32,000 bases of DNA from Pseudomonas aeruginosa (lineage in GTDB: Bacteria > Pseudomonadota > Gammaproteobacteria > Pseudomonadales > Pseudomonadaceae): NCBI RefSeq assembly GCF_001457615.1, contig NZ_LN831024.1, positions 4,980,001 through 5,012,000 on the forward strand, read 5' to 3'. This document shows positions 1 to 12,520 of the stretch, one piece after another. Within the stretch, counting starts at the first letter, position 1; every line of letters starts with the position of its first letter. The position numbers were made by a program, and so were the translations under genes. Below the pieces are notes generated by a model. The model had not been told where the DNA came from. It saw only the letters and a program-made list of their open reading frames with translations, and did not search any database.

Positions 1-1249
1 ACAGCTGGCGGCTGTCGGCTCCCGGGATCGGCTCTTCGCCGGCCGGATAGACCTCCATCAACAGCAGCACGTTGGCTTCGCCCAGCACCTGCACGAAGTC
101 TTCGTACAGGTCGCGGGTACGGGTATAGCGATGCGGCTGGTAGACCATCACCAGGCGACGCTCCGGCCAACCGCCACGGATCGCCTTGATCACCGCGGCG
201 ACTTCGCGCGGATGGTGGCCGTAGTCGTCCACCAGCATCACGCTGCCACCCTCGACCTGCAGCTCGCCGTAGACCTGGAAGCGCCGGCCTACGCCCTGGA
301 AGCCGGACAGCCCCTGGACGATGGCTTCGTCGGAGATGCCCTCGTCGGTAGCGATGACGATGGTCGCCAGGGAATTCAGCACGTTGTGCAGGCCGGGCAT
401 GTTCACCGAGACGTCCAGCGGCTCGCGCTCCGGGCGCAACACGGTGAACCAGGTGCGCATGCCTTCCTGGCGGATGTTGATCGCGCGCACGTCGGCGTCT
501 TCGCTGAGGCCGTAGGTCACGGTCGGACGGGCGATCTGCGGGAGGATCTCACGCACAACCGGATCATCCACGCACATCACCGCCAGTCCGTAGAACGGCA
601 GGTTGTGGAGGAACTCGACGAAGGTCTTCTTCAGCTTGTTGAAGTCGCCGCCGTAGGTCGCCATGTGGTCGGCGTCGATATTGGTGACCACCGCGACCAT
701 CGGTTGCAGGTGCAGGAAGCTGGCGTCGCTCTCGTCGGCCTCGGCCACCAGGTAGCGGCTGGCGCCAAGCTGGGCGTTGGTCCCGGCGGCGTTCAGCCGG
801 CCGCCGATGACGAAGGTCGGGTCCAGGCCGCCGGCGGCGAACACCGAGGCGATCAGGCTGGTAGTGGTGGTCTTGCCGTGGGTGCCGGCTACCGCGATGC
901 CGTGCCGGTAGCGCATCAGCTCGGCGAGCATCTCCGCACGCGGCACCACCGGAATCCGCCGTTCCAGGGCCGATGCCACTTCCGGGTTGGCCCGGTTGAT
1001 GGCACTGGACACCACCAGCACGTCGGCGCCGTCGGCGTTTTCCGCCTGGTGGCCGATGAAGATCTGCGCGCCGAACTTCTCCAGGCGCTCGGTCACCGCC
1101 GAGGCCTTGAGGTCCGAGCCGGATACCTCGTAGCCGAGGTTCAGCAGCACTTCGGCGATCCCGCACATACCGGCGCCGCCGATGCCGACGAAATGGATGC
1201 GGCGGATACGGCGCATGGTCCGGGTGACGCCATTCGGTTCTTTAACCAC
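1..1249 (-). CDS. murC: UDP-N-acetylmuramate--L-alanine ligase MurC, 3' end cut by window edge
   Basis: Reverse-strand translation from GTG at 1249 reads [37 protein letters not shown]..., then [20 protein letters not shown] (Mur ligase ATP-binding motif). It is next to murG in dcw order. No complete ORF is listed in the track because the stop lies left of the window. Confidence 0.95.
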   Translation of the reverse strand, partial: MVKEPNGVTRTMRRIRRIHFVGIGGAGMCGIAEVLLNLGYEVSGSDLKASAVTERLEKFGAQIFIGHQAENADGADVLVVSSAINRANPEVASALERRIPVVPRAEMLAELMRYRHGIAVAGTHGKTTTTSLIASVFAAGGLDPTFVIGGRLNAAGTNAQLGASRYLVAEADESDASFLHLQPMVAVVTNIDADHMATYGGDFNKLKKTFVEFLHNLPFYGLAVMCVDDPVVREILPQIARPTVTYGLSEDADVRAINIRQEGMRTWFTVLRPEREPLDVSVNMPGLHNVLNSLATIVIATDEGISDEAIVQGLSGFQGVGRRFQVYGELQVEGGSVMLVDDYGHHPREVAAVIKAIRGGWPERRLVMVYQPHRYTRTRDLYEDFVQVLGEANVLLLMEVYPAGEEPIPGADSRQL

Positions 1250-2315
1250 GGGCCACCTCCAGGCAGGCATCGACCACCGTCCGGGTAGCCTCGGGTTTCG
1301 CCAGGCTGCGTGCCTGGTCTGCCATGGAGCGCAGGGTTTCGGGATGCATCAGGACCTCGGACAGCTGCGCGGCCAGTTCGGCCGCGCCGGTAGACTTTTG
1401 CGGCAGCAGGCGGCCGGCGCCGCTGCGTACCAGGAATTCGGCATTGCGGGTCTGGTGATCGTCGATCGCGTGAGGCAACGGCACCAGGAAGGCGGGCAAT
1501 CCCGCCGCCGTCAGCTCGCTGACGGTCAGCGCGCCGGCGCGACAGATCACCAGGTCGGCCCAGGCATAGGCCGCGGCCATGTCGCTGATGAAGGGCGCGA
1601 CGTCCGCTTCGACCGCCACTGTGCGATAACGCTCGGCGGTAATCTCGGCATGCTGACGACCGGCCTGATGGCGGATTGCCGGACGGATTTCCAGCGGCAC
1701 CTGCGCCAGGGCCTCTGGCAACAGCTTGTTCAGCGGTTCCGCGCCAAGGCTGCCGCCGAGCACCAGCAGATTGACCCGACGGCCGGTCAGCGGCGCGCGG
1801 GCGTGCGCGTCGAGGAACAGCTCGCCGCGCACCGGATTGCCGGTGGTCAGACGCTTGTCACTGGCCGGGAAGGTATCCGGGAATGCCTCGCAGACGCGCC
1901 TGGCGATCGGCGCCAGGCTGCGGTTGGCGGTGCCGGCCACGGCGTTCTGCTCGTGGATCACCAGCGGCACGCCGTTGAGGCGCGCAGCCAGGCCGCCCGG
2001 GCCGGTGACATAGCCACCCAGGCCGAGCACGCAGACCGGCCTCAGCTGGCGGATCACCCGCAGCGCCTGGAACAGCGACTTGAGCAGTTCCAGCGGCGCC
2101 TTGACCAGCGACTTCAGGCCCTTGCCGCGCAGCCCGCTGACCTGAATCAGGTGCAACGGCAGGCCGGCCTTGGGTACCAGGTCATTCTCGATGCCGCGCG
2201 GCGTCCCCAGCCAGTGCACGGCATAGCCGCGCGCCTGGAACTCCCGCGCACAGGCGAGCGCCGGGAACACGTGTCCGCCGGTGCCACCCGCCATGATCAG
2301 GACATTACCTTTCAT
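1242..2315 (-). CDS. murG: UDP-N-acetylglucosamine--N-acetylmuramyl-(pentapeptide) pyrophosphoryl-undecaprenol N-acetylglucosamine transferase MurG (357 aa)
   Basis: [26 protein letters not shown]... glycosyltransferase family 28 N-terminus. The track ORF is over-extended to 2408; the internal ATG at 2315 gives the family-typical start. Overlaps the murC start. Confidence 0.97.
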   Translation of the reverse strand: MKGNVLIMAGGTGGHVFPALACAREFQARGYAVHWLGTPRGIENDLVPKAGLPLHLIQVSGLRGKGLKSLVKAPLELLKSLFQALRVIRQLRPVCVLGLGGYVTGPGGLAARLNGVPLVIHEQNAVAGTANRSLAPIARRVCEAFPDTFPASDKRLTTGNPVRGELFLDAHARAPLTGRRVNLLVLGGSLGAEPLNKLLPEALAQVPLEIRPAIRHQAGRQHAEITAERYRTVAVEADVAPFISDMAAAYAWADLVICRAGALTVSELTAAGLPAFLVPLPHAIDDHQTRNAEFLVRSGAGRLLPQKSTGAAELAAQLSEVLMHPETLRSMADQARSLAKPEATRTVVDACLEVARG

Positions 2316-3504
2316 CGGCAAAGTCCTCTTCGTTGAACTCATATTCCTCGCTACCCAGGTGGGTTCGCCGTTCCCATTCGATGCGCAGCAACATCCCCAG
2401 ACAGGCACAGCAGATCACCAGCGAACTGCCGCCGTAGCTGAGGAACGGCAGGGTCAGGCCCTTGGTCGGCAGCAGGCCGACGTTCACCCCGATGTTGATC
2501 AGGAACTGGCCGATCCAGAGGAAGGCCAGGCCGTAGGCCACGTAGGCGGAGAAGAACTGCTTGGCCTGCTCGGCCCAGATGCCGATGTACAGCGCGCGCA
2601 GGCTGACGAACACGAACAGGGCGACGGTCGCCAGGGCGCCGACGATGCCCAGCTCCTCTGCAAGCACGGCGAAGACGAAGTCGGTGTGCGCCTCCGGCAG
2701 GTAGAACTGCTTCTGGATGCTGTTGCCCAGTCCCATCCCCAACCAGCCGCCGCGGCCGAAGGCGATCAGCGCCTGGCTCAACTGATAGCCGGCGCCGAAC
2801 TGGTCGGCCCAGGGGTCGGTGAAGTTGGTCAGGCGTGCCATCCGGTAGGGCTGGGTCTGGATCAGCAGGACCACCGCGCCGACCGCCAGCAGCACCATCA
2901 GGCCGAAGCGGAACAGCCCCACCCCGCCGAGGAACAGCATGGCCGCGGCAGCGCCCATCATTACCACGGTGGCGCCGAAGTCCGGCTCGCGCAGCAGCAG
3001 GCCGGCCATCGGCAGCAACACCACGAAGGGCTTGAAGAAGCCCATCCAGCTTTCCCGGACCTCCTGCTGGCGGCGGATCAGGTAGCCGGCCATGAAGATC
3101 ACCACGCAGACCTTGGCGATCTCCGAAGGCTGGATGTTGAACAGGCCGAAGCCGATCCAGCGCATCGAGCCGTTCACCTCGCGGCCGATACCGGGGGTGA
3201 TCACCAGCACCAGCAGGCCGAAGGCGACCAGCAACAGCTTCCAGCCCCAGCGCTGCCAGGTGGCCATCGGGACCATCATGGTCAGGCCGCAGGAAATCAG
3301 GCCGATCACCAGGTAGATCAGGTGACGGACGGAGAAGTACAGCGGGTTGCCCGACTGCGCCGCCGCCACCTCGGAAGAGGCGGAAGTCACCATCACCAGG
3401 CCGAGGCCGAGCAGCGCCAGGCAACCCGCCAGCAGCGGGAAGTCCAGGTCGATGCCGTGCCGGCTCAACAGCGGCGACGGGAAGGGGCGCAACACCGACA
3501 GCAT
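2305..3504 (-). CDS. ftsW: Peptidoglycan glycosyltransferase FtsW (SEDS family, 399 aa; GTG at 3507 is an alternative start)
   Basis: SEDS multi-pass membrane protein, with ...WIGFGLFNIQPSEIAK..., GLTLPFLSYGGSSLV motif; dcw context. Confidence 0.96.
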   Translation of the reverse strand: MLSVLRPFPSPLLSRHGIDLDFPLLAGCLALLGLGLVMVTSASSEVAAAQSGNPLYFSVRHLIYLVIGLISCGLTMMVPMATWQRWGWKLLLVAFGLLVLVITPGIGREVNGSMRWIGFGLFNIQPSEIAKVCVVIFMAGYLIRRQQEVRESWMGFFKPFVVLLPMAGLLLREPDFGATVVMMGAAAAMLFLGGVGLFRFGLMVLLAVGAVVLLIQTQPYRMARLTNFTDPWADQFGAGYQLSQALIAFGRGGWLGMGLGNSIQKQFYLPEAHTDFVFAVLAEELGIVGALATVALFVFVSLRALYIGIWAEQAKQFFSAYVAYGLAFLWIGQFLINIGVNVGLLPTKGLTLPFLSYGGSSLVICCACLGMLLRIEWERRTHLGSEEYEFNEEDFADER

Positions 3505-4850
3505 CACGCTAGCTCCTCTACGGCTTTGGCGAACAGGCGTCCGCGTTCTTCGAAGTTCTTGAACATGTCCAGGCTCGCGCAGGCCGGCGACAACAGCACC
3601 GCATCGCCTTCGCGGGCCAGCTCGGCGGCCTGCCGGACTGCTTCGTCCAGCGTTGCGACGCGCACCAGCGGTACCGCGTTGCCCAGTGCCTGGGCAATCA
3701 GCCCGGCGTCACGGCCAAGCAGTACCACCGCCCGGCAGAAGCGCGCGACCGGCTCGCGCAGGTCATGGAAATCGGCGCCCTTGCCGTCTCCGCCGGCGAG
3801 CAGCACCAGCTTGCCGTCGATGTCGGCACCCAGCCCCTCGATCGCCGCCAGGGCGGCGCCGACGTTGGTGGCCTTGGAATCGTCGTAGTAGCTCACGCCC
3901 TGCCGCTCGCGTACCCACTGGCAGCGATGAGCCAGGCCGGAAAACGCCTTCAGCGCGCCGAGCATGGCGTCGAACGGCAGGCCGACCGCATGGCCCAGCG
4001 CCAGCGCGGCGAGCGCGTTGGAATAGTTGTGGGCGCCACGGATCTTCAGTTCGCCAACCGGCAGCAGCTTGTCGAACTGGAACGCCAGCCACTTCTGGCC
4101 GTCTTCCTCGATCAGGCCGAAAGCCTTGAAGTCCGGCTTGTTCAGGCCGAACGACCAGCACGGCACGGTATCGGCGATCAGCGGTCGGGTCAGGGCATCG
4201 GCGCGATTCACCACGACCTGGCGGGCACCGCGGAAGATCCGGTGCTTGGCCAGGTGGTAGTCAGCCATGCCGTCGTAGCGATCCATATGGTCTTCGCTGA
4301 CGTTCAGCACGGTCGCCACCTCGGCGTTGAGGCGATCGCAGGTTTCCAGCTGGAAGCTCGACAGCTCCAACACGTACAGCTCGATGTCGTCGGCCAGCAG
4401 GTCGAGCGCCGGGGTGCCGAGGTTGCCGCCGACGGCGACACGCTTGTCCGCGGCCACCGCCATTTCGCCCACCAGGGTGGTCACGGTGCTCTTCGCGTTG
4501 GAACCGGTGATGGCGACGATCGGGGCCTTCGCCTCGCGGGCGAAGAGATCGATGTCACCGGAGATGCGCACGCCTTTCGCGGCGGCCTGTACCAGCGCGG
4601 GGGTGCGCAGCGACAAGCCGGGGCTGACGTAGAGTTCGCGGGCGGAGCAGAGGAACTCGGCGTCGAGTTCGCCGCAACGCACTTCCACCTGCGGATACTG
4701 GGCACGCAGGGTGGCCAGCTCCGGCGGGTTCTCTCGGGTATCGACCACGGCGAAAGGCAAGCCGCGGCGCGCCAGGTAGCGCACCAGGGACATGCCGCTC
4801 TTGCCGAGGCCGACAACGATGCGGAAGTGGTCGGAGGCGATCAGGCTCAT
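3504..4850 (-). CDS. murD: UDP-N-acetylmuramoylalanine--D-glutamate ligase MurD (448 aa)
   Basis: MSLIASDHFRIVVGLGKSGMSLVRYL..., PIVAITGSNAKSTVTTLVGEM Mur ligase motif; dcw context. Stop overlaps the ftsW start. Confidence 0.97.
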   Translation of the reverse strand: MSLIASDHFRIVVGLGKSGMSLVRYLARRGLPFAVVDTRENPPELATLRAQYPQVEVRCGELDAEFLCSARELYVSPGLSLRTPALVQAAAKGVRISGDIDLFAREAKAPIVAITGSNAKSTVTTLVGEMAVAADKRVAVGGNLGTPALDLLADDIELYVLELSSFQLETCDRLNAEVATVLNVSEDHMDRYDGMADYHLAKHRIFRGARQVVVNRADALTRPLIADTVPCWSFGLNKPDFKAFGLIEEDGQKWLAFQFDKLLPVGELKIRGAHNYSNALAALALGHAVGLPFDAMLGALKAFSGLAHRCQWVRERQGVSYYDDSKATNVGAALAAIEGLGADIDGKLVLLAGGDGKGADFHDLREPVARFCRAVVLLGRDAGLIAQALGNAVPLVRVATLDEAVRQAAELAREGDAVLLSPACASLDMFKNFEERGRLFAKAVEELA

Positions 4851-4863
4851 GCTCTCTTCGTCC

Positions 4864-5946
4864 TCAACGCAGCTTCAAGGTGGCGAGGCCGATCAGCACC
4901 AGGATCACGGTGATGATCCAGAAGCGCACGATCACGCGCGGCTCCGGCCAGCCTTTCAGTTCGAAATGGTGATGGATCGGCGCCATGCGGAAGACGCGGC
5001 GTCCGGTCAGCTTGAAGGAAGCGACCTGGATCATCACCGAGAGGGTTTCCATGACGAACACCCCACCCATGATGAACAGCACGATTTCCTGGCGCACGAT
5101 CACCGCGATGGTGCCCAGCGCGGCGCCCAGCGCCAACGCGCCGACGTCGCCCATGAAGACCTGCGCCGGATAGGTGTTGAACCAGAGGAAGCCGAGGCCG
5201 GCGCCGACCAGCGCGGCGCAGAACACGATCAGCTCGCCGGCGCCCGGTACGTTGGGAATCAACAGGTACTCGGCGAACTTCACGTTGCCCGACAGGTAGC
5301 AGAAGATGCCCAGCGCGCCGGCAACCATTACCGTCGGCATGATCGCCAGGCCGTCGAGACCGTCGGTGAGGTTCACTGCATTGCTCGAACCGACGATGAC
5401 GAAGTAAGTCAGGACCACGAAGAAGATGCCCAACTGGATCTCGACGCTCTTCAGCATCGGCACGATCAGGGTGGTCTCGATCGGGGTTTCGGCAGTCATG
5501 TAGAGGAACACGGCGGCGCCGATGCCGAACACCGACTGCCAGAAGTACTTCCAGCGGCTCGGCAGGCCACGGGAGTTCTTCTCGATCACCTTGCGGTAGT
5601 CGTCCACCCAGCCGATGGCACCGAACAGCAGGGTAACGACCAGCACTACCCACACGTAGCGGTTGGAAAGATCCGCCCACAGCAGCGTGCTGATGGCTAT
5701 GGCGGTAAGGATCAGGGCGCCGCCCATGGTCGGGGTGCCCTTCTTCGACAGGTGCGACTGCGGACCGTCGTTGCGCACGGCCTGGCCGATCTGGCGGATC
5801 TGCAAGGTACGGATCATCCAGGGCCCCAGCCACAGCGACAGCGACAGCGCGGTGAGCACGCTGAGAATGCCGCGCAGGGTCAGGTACTGGAAGACGCCGA
5901 AGCCCTTGTAGAACTGTTGCAGGTATTCGGCCAGCAGCAGGAGCAT
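4864..5946 (-). CDS. mraY: Phospho-N-acetylmuramoyl-pentapeptide-transferase MraY (360 aa)
   Basis: [25 protein letters not shown]... [27 protein letters not shown] and [23 protein letters not shown] motifs. ATG at 5946 rather than the track's 5973. Confidence 0.97.
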
Positions 5947-7322
5947 TAGTGACTCTCCTCGGAGGAACCGCACAGCGCCGCGACGACTTTGTCCATCGCC
6001 GCACTGCGGGAACCCTTGATCAAAATGGTGGTTGTCGGTTGTTCGGTGGCCAGCGCCCCGATCAGGCTGGCCTGGTCGGCGAAGTGCCGGCCCGTGGCGC
6101 CGAACGCCTGTACGGCGTGGGCCATCAGCGGTCCGACCGCATAGAGCGCGGACACCTTGCCAGCGGCGTAGGCGCCCACCTCGCGGTGGGCCTGCTCGGC
6201 CCAGGAACCGAGTTCGCCCATGTCTCCGAGGACCAGGACGGTGCGCCCGGAAAAGCCGCTCAGTATATCAATCGCCGCCAGCATTGACGCGGGGTTGGCG
6301 TTGTAGCTGTCGTCTATCACACGCAGCCCGCTGGCGGTCAGTTGCGCTACCGCGCGGCCCTTGACCGGCTGCAGCGCCTGCAGCCCGGCGACGATCCCAT
6401 CCAGCGGCACGCCCAGTGCATGGGCGGCAGCGGCGGCAGCCAGGGCATTGGCGACATTGTGCCGCCCCAGCAGGTTGAGCTGGACCTGCGCTTCACCCGC
6501 TACGCCCTGCAGCCTGAAGCCCATGCAGCCACGCGCATCGCGCTGCAGATCGGCGGCGCGGAAATCGGCCTGGGGCCGGTCGAGGGAGAAAGTCAGCAAC
6601 GGACGGCCGCTGGCACGGGCCTTCCAGGTGTCGAAGGCCTTGTCGTCCAGGTTCAGCACGGCGGTGCCGTCGGCGGCCAGCCCTTCGAGTATCTCGCCCT
6701 TCGCCTCGACGATCTTCTCCGGTCCGCCGAACTCGCCGACATGGGCGGTTCCGGCATTGGTGATGATCGCCACGTGCGGGCGGGTCAGCTCAACCGTGTA
6801 GGCGATCTCGCCGATGCGCGAGGCGCCCAGTTCGATCACTGCGCTACGGTGCTGCGGCGCCAGTTGCAGCAGGGTCAGCGGTACGCCGAGGTCGTTGTTC
6901 AGATTGCCACGGGTAGCCAGCACCGACTCGGCATCGCCGGCCTGGGTACGCAGGATGCTGGCGAGCATCTCCTTGACCGTGGTCTTGCCGCTGGAGCCCG
7001 TCATGGCCGCCAGCGGGCCGGTGAACTTGCGCCGGTTCAGCGCGCCCAGTCGCCCCAGGGCCGCACGGGTATCGCGCACCAGCAATTGCGGCAGGGGCGC
7101 GTCGGCGACTTCGCGCTCCACCAGCACAGCCACCGCGCCCTTGGCGGCAACCTCGGCGAGATAGTCGTGGCCGTCGAAACGCGGCCCACTCAGGGCAATG
7201 AACAGTTGGCCGGGCCCGATGGCGCGACTGTCGGTGGAAACCGCCGAAAAGACGGCGTCCTCGCCGATCAGGCGGGCGTCCAGCGCGACCGTCAACTGGC
7301 TGAGGCGAAGAGGCTCAAGCAT
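5946..7322 (-). CDS. murF: UDP-N-acetylmuramoyl-tripeptide--D-alanyl-D-alanine ligase MurF (458 aa)
   Basis: [22 protein letters not shown]..., [19 protein letters not shown] motif. ATG at 7322 (CAT at 7320-7322) overlaps the murE 3' end. Confidence 0.96.
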
Positions 7323-8777
7323 GCGGCACCTCCCAGGCGGCCAGGGCGCGCTCGGCCTGCTCGATGTCGGAGAACGGATGGCGTACGCCGTCGATCTCCT
7401 GATAATCCTCGTGACCCTTGCCAGCCAGGAGCACCACGTCATCCACCGCAGCGGAAGCGATCAGATGGGCGATCGCCTCACCGCGCGACGGCAGGAAGGT
7501 AACCTTGTCAGCGGCAGCGAAGCCTTTGCGGATATCGGCGATGATCGCCGCACTGGCCTCGGTGCGCGGGTTGTCGTCGGTGACCAGCACCCCATCCGCC
7601 AGGCGTTCGGCGATCGCAGCCATCAGCGGACGCTTGCCGGCATCGCGATCGCCACCGCAGCCGAACAGGCACAGCAGGCGCGCGGCCGCGTGCGGACGCA
7701 GGGCCTCCAGGACTTTTTCCAGGGCGTCGGGAGTATGCGCGTAGTCCACCACCACCAGCGGCTTGTCGCCGCCTCCCAGGCGCTGCATGCGGCCGACCGG
7801 CCCCTGCAGTTGCGGCAAGGTGCGGAGGATATCGCCCAGGGGATAACCCAGGCCAAGCAACGCACCGACCGCCGCCAGCAGGTTGCTCAGGTTGAAGCGG
7901 CCGAGCAACGGGCTGCGCAGCAGGCCCTCGCCGTGCGGAGTGACCAGCGCCGCCTCGATGCCGGCATCGCCGAAGCGCGCTTCGCGGCAATAGAGGAACG
8001 CCGAGCTGTCGGTGAGGCTGTAGGTGATCAGCTCCGAGTCCTGCTCCTCGCCGGCCAGTCGACGGCCGAAATCGTCGTCCAGGTTGATCACCCGGCAGCG
8101 CAGGCCCGGCCAGGCGAACAGCTTGGCCTTGGCGGCGGCATAAGCTTCCATCGAACCGTGATAGTCGAGGTGGTCGCGGGACAGATTGGTGAACACCGCG
8201 ATATCGAAACCGAGCGCCGCCACGCGGCCCTGGTCGAGGCCGTGGGAAGACACTTCCATCGCTACCGCGCGGGCGCCGGCCTGCTTCAGCGTGGCCAGCG
8301 TGGCCTGCACCGCGAGCGGGTCCGGCGTGGTGTGCCGGCCGCTCTCCAGGGCGCCGTAGAAACCGGTGCCGAGGGTGCCGACGATGCCGCAGCGCTCGCC
8401 GAGCAGATCCAGGGCCTGGGCCACCAGTTGGCTGACGCTGGTCTTGCCGTTGGTGCCGGTGACGCCGATCAGGTCCAGCCCGCGGCTCGGCTCGCCGTAG
8501 AAACGCCCGGCGACCGCCGACAGTTGCGCGGCCAGCCCCTTCACCGCGATCAGCGGCGCATCGCTGGGCGGCAACTCTCCGGCGCCTTCCGCCTCGTAAG
8601 CCACGGCAGCCGCGCCCTTGGCCAGGGCATCGGCGATGTGCGCACGACCATCCTGGCGCCCGCCCGGCACCGCCAGGAACAGGTCGCCCGGACGAACGCC
8701 GCGGCTATCCAGGGTCAGCTCGCGGATCAGCAGATCGCGCTCGGCCTGGGGAAACAGTTGGTTCAGGCTCATAGGCA

Positions 8778-8778
<1 letters not shown>
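7315..8778 (-). CDS. murE: UDP-N-acetylmuramoyl-L-alanyl-D-glutamate--2,6-diaminopimelate ligase MurE (487 aa)
   Basis: [34 protein letters not shown]..., [13 protein letters not shown] and DNPRTE (DAP-type MurE signature). Confidence 0.97.
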
Positions 8779-10803
<2,025 letters not shown>

Positions 10804-10807
<4 letters not shown>

Positions 10808-11744
10808 CTCAGCTTCTCCGCCACGCGCATGACCGCGCTGCGCGAGCGCGGGTTGGCCTTGAGTTCTTCTTCCGAAGCGTACTGCGGCTTGCCCAGCAGC
10901 TTCAGGCGCGGCTCGAAGACCTTGGAACGGATCGGCAGGTCGCGCGGCAGGTTGTCCGCCTCGCCCTTGGCGTGCTTGCGCATGAACAGCTTGACGATGC
11001 GGTCTTCCAGGGAATGGAAACTGATCACCACCAGCCGGCCGCCGACGGCCAGCGATTCGAGCGCGGCGTCAAGGCCACGCTCGAGATCGCCCAGCTCATT
11101 GTTCACATGGATGCGCAGGCCCTGGAATGCGCGGGTCGCCGGATTCTTGCCCTTCTCCCAGGCGGGGTTGGCAACCGTGATCACTTCGGCGAGATCGGCA
11201 GTTCGTTCGAACGGCCGCTCCTGACGGCGCTGCACGATGGCGCGGGCCATCCGCTTGGCGAAGCGTTCTTCGCCATATTCCTTGAAGACCCGGGCGATTT
11301 CCTCTTCGGTGGCGTTGGCGATGAACTCCGCTGCGCTGATGCCCTGGCCGGGATTCATGCGCATGTCCAGCGGACCATCGTTGAGGAAGCTGAAGCCGCG
11401 CTCGGGATCGTCGAGTTGCGGCGACGACACGCCAAGGTCGAGCAGGACGCCATCGACCCGCCCTTCGAGACCGCGTGCGCGCACCTCATCGCCCAGTTCG
11501 GCGAACGAGCGCTGCACAATGACGAAGCGGCCGTCTTCGGCCGCCAATGCTTTTCCTGTCTGGATGGCCTGGGGATCTTTGTCGAATCCGAGCAGGCGTC
11601 CCCGGCGCCCAGTTTCTCGAGCAAGGCTCGACTATGGCCCCCTCTTCCGAAGGTACCGTCCAGATAGCAGCCGTCCTCCCGCGGGGCCAGTGCGGAAACG
11701 GCCTCCTCGAGCAGAACGGTGATATGGCGGTAGGTGGCATTCAT
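10804..11744 (-). pseudogene. rsmH: 16S rRNA (cytosine1402-N4)-methyltransferase RsmH (MraW), split by a 1-nt frameshift near 11600-11603
   Basis: The N-terminus [48 protein letters not shown] lies in ORF 11355..11750 (start at 11744). The remaining ...[37 protein letters not shown]...[17 protein letters not shown] lies in the frame of ORF 10804..11547. The joined span is 941 nt. Adding one base gives 942 nt (313 aa plus stop). Confidence 0.9.
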
Positions 11745-11746
11745 AG

Positions 11747-12202
11747 TCAAAGGATCAGGTCGCGTAGTTCGTCCGGCAGCCCACCGGGTTGTTTGATTGC
11801 CGCCAGGTCGGCTTCAGCCATGGCGTTCCAGGCATCCTCATCCCACAACTGAAACTTGTTCAGTTGCCCCACCAGCATCGCCCGCTTGTCCAGCTTGGCG
11901 TACTCGCGCAGGCGCGGCGGAATCAGGAAACGCCCGTTTCCGTCCAGTTCCAGATCGACGGCATTACCGATCAGCAGCCGCTGCAGGCGCCGCGTTTCTT
12001 CTCGCAAAGAAGGCAGCTCGCGCAGCTTGGCTTCGATCAGTTCCCATTCGGGCAAGGGGTAAACGGTGAGGCAGGGGTCGACTGCGTCGATAGTGACGAT
12101 GAGCTGGCCGGCACAACGCGAAACGAGCTCGTCACGATACCGACTCGGCATCGCGAGGCGCCCTTTGGCGTCGAGACTTATGGCATTAGCTCCGCGAAAC
12201 AC
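11747..12202 (-). CDS. mraZ: Transcriptional regulator MraZ (151 aa, GTG start)
   Basis: (V/M)[25 protein letters not shown]... and [19 protein letters not shown]: duplicated AbrB-like MraZ domains, first gene of the dcw cluster. The track extends it to 12238 without family support. Confidence 0.95.
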   Translation of the reverse strand: MFRGANAISLDAKGRLAMPSRYRDELVSRCAGQLIVTIDAVDPCLTVYPLPEWELIEAKLRELPSLREETRRLQRLLIGNAVDLELDGNGRFLIPPRLREYAKLDKRAMLVGQLNKFQLWDEDAWNAMAEADLAAIKQPGGLPDELRDLIL

Positions 12203-12242
12203 GTCAGCGCTTCCCCTGTGGTTGGCTTTCCATGCCAATTGA

Positions 12243-12270
12243 TCCCACTTTTACCCACTTCATACCACTT
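12243..12270 (-). promoter_or_regulatory. Probable MraZ operator: three AAGTGG(G) direct repeats with exact 10-bp period
   Basis: Minus strand reads AAGTGGTATG AAGTGGGTAA AAGTGGGATC immediately upstream of mraZ. MraZ is known to bind TGGG-type direct repeats with 10-bp spacing. Confidence 0.8.
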
Positions 12271-12276
12271 CTGCAC

Positions 12277-12306
12277 ACTATAGAAATCCACACTCCCCAC
12301 CGTCAA
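12277..12306 (-). promoter_or_regulatory. Probable sigma70 promoter of mraZ / dcw cluster
   Basis: Minus strand -35 TTGACG (12301-12306), 18-nt spacer, -10 TATAGT (12277-12282). The predicted start lies at the MraZ-type repeats. Confidence 0.7.
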
Positions 12307-12520
12307 GGCGCGTCAGAAGTGAAAAATCCTTACAGGACGGAGATTTAGCGTGCTTTTGGAAGGTTGCGGAGCGCTTTTAGAAGTAAAAGAGATGACAAAA
12401 CACAATAAGTCCAAAGTCTTAGCCTTCGAACTTAAAGTGATTTATCAAGAGTTGCGGCTTTTCGCTTTTGCGACGGACGGATAAAACCGGGAAAAAGCGA
12501 AGAGAGTGGGAAGAAGTGGG

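Noticed and set aside
131-3888. Long + strand ORFs 131..1288, 1182..2336 and 2281..3888 (385-535 aa)
   Set aside because: They lie exactly antisense to murC, murG, ftsW and murD. They are rich in H, R, Q, A and G with no recognisable domains, which is typical of GC-rich shadow ORFs.
4792-5949. 385-aa + strand ORF
   Set aside because: Antisense to mraY; composition and lack of domains indicate a shadow ORF. It also has no convincing RBS.
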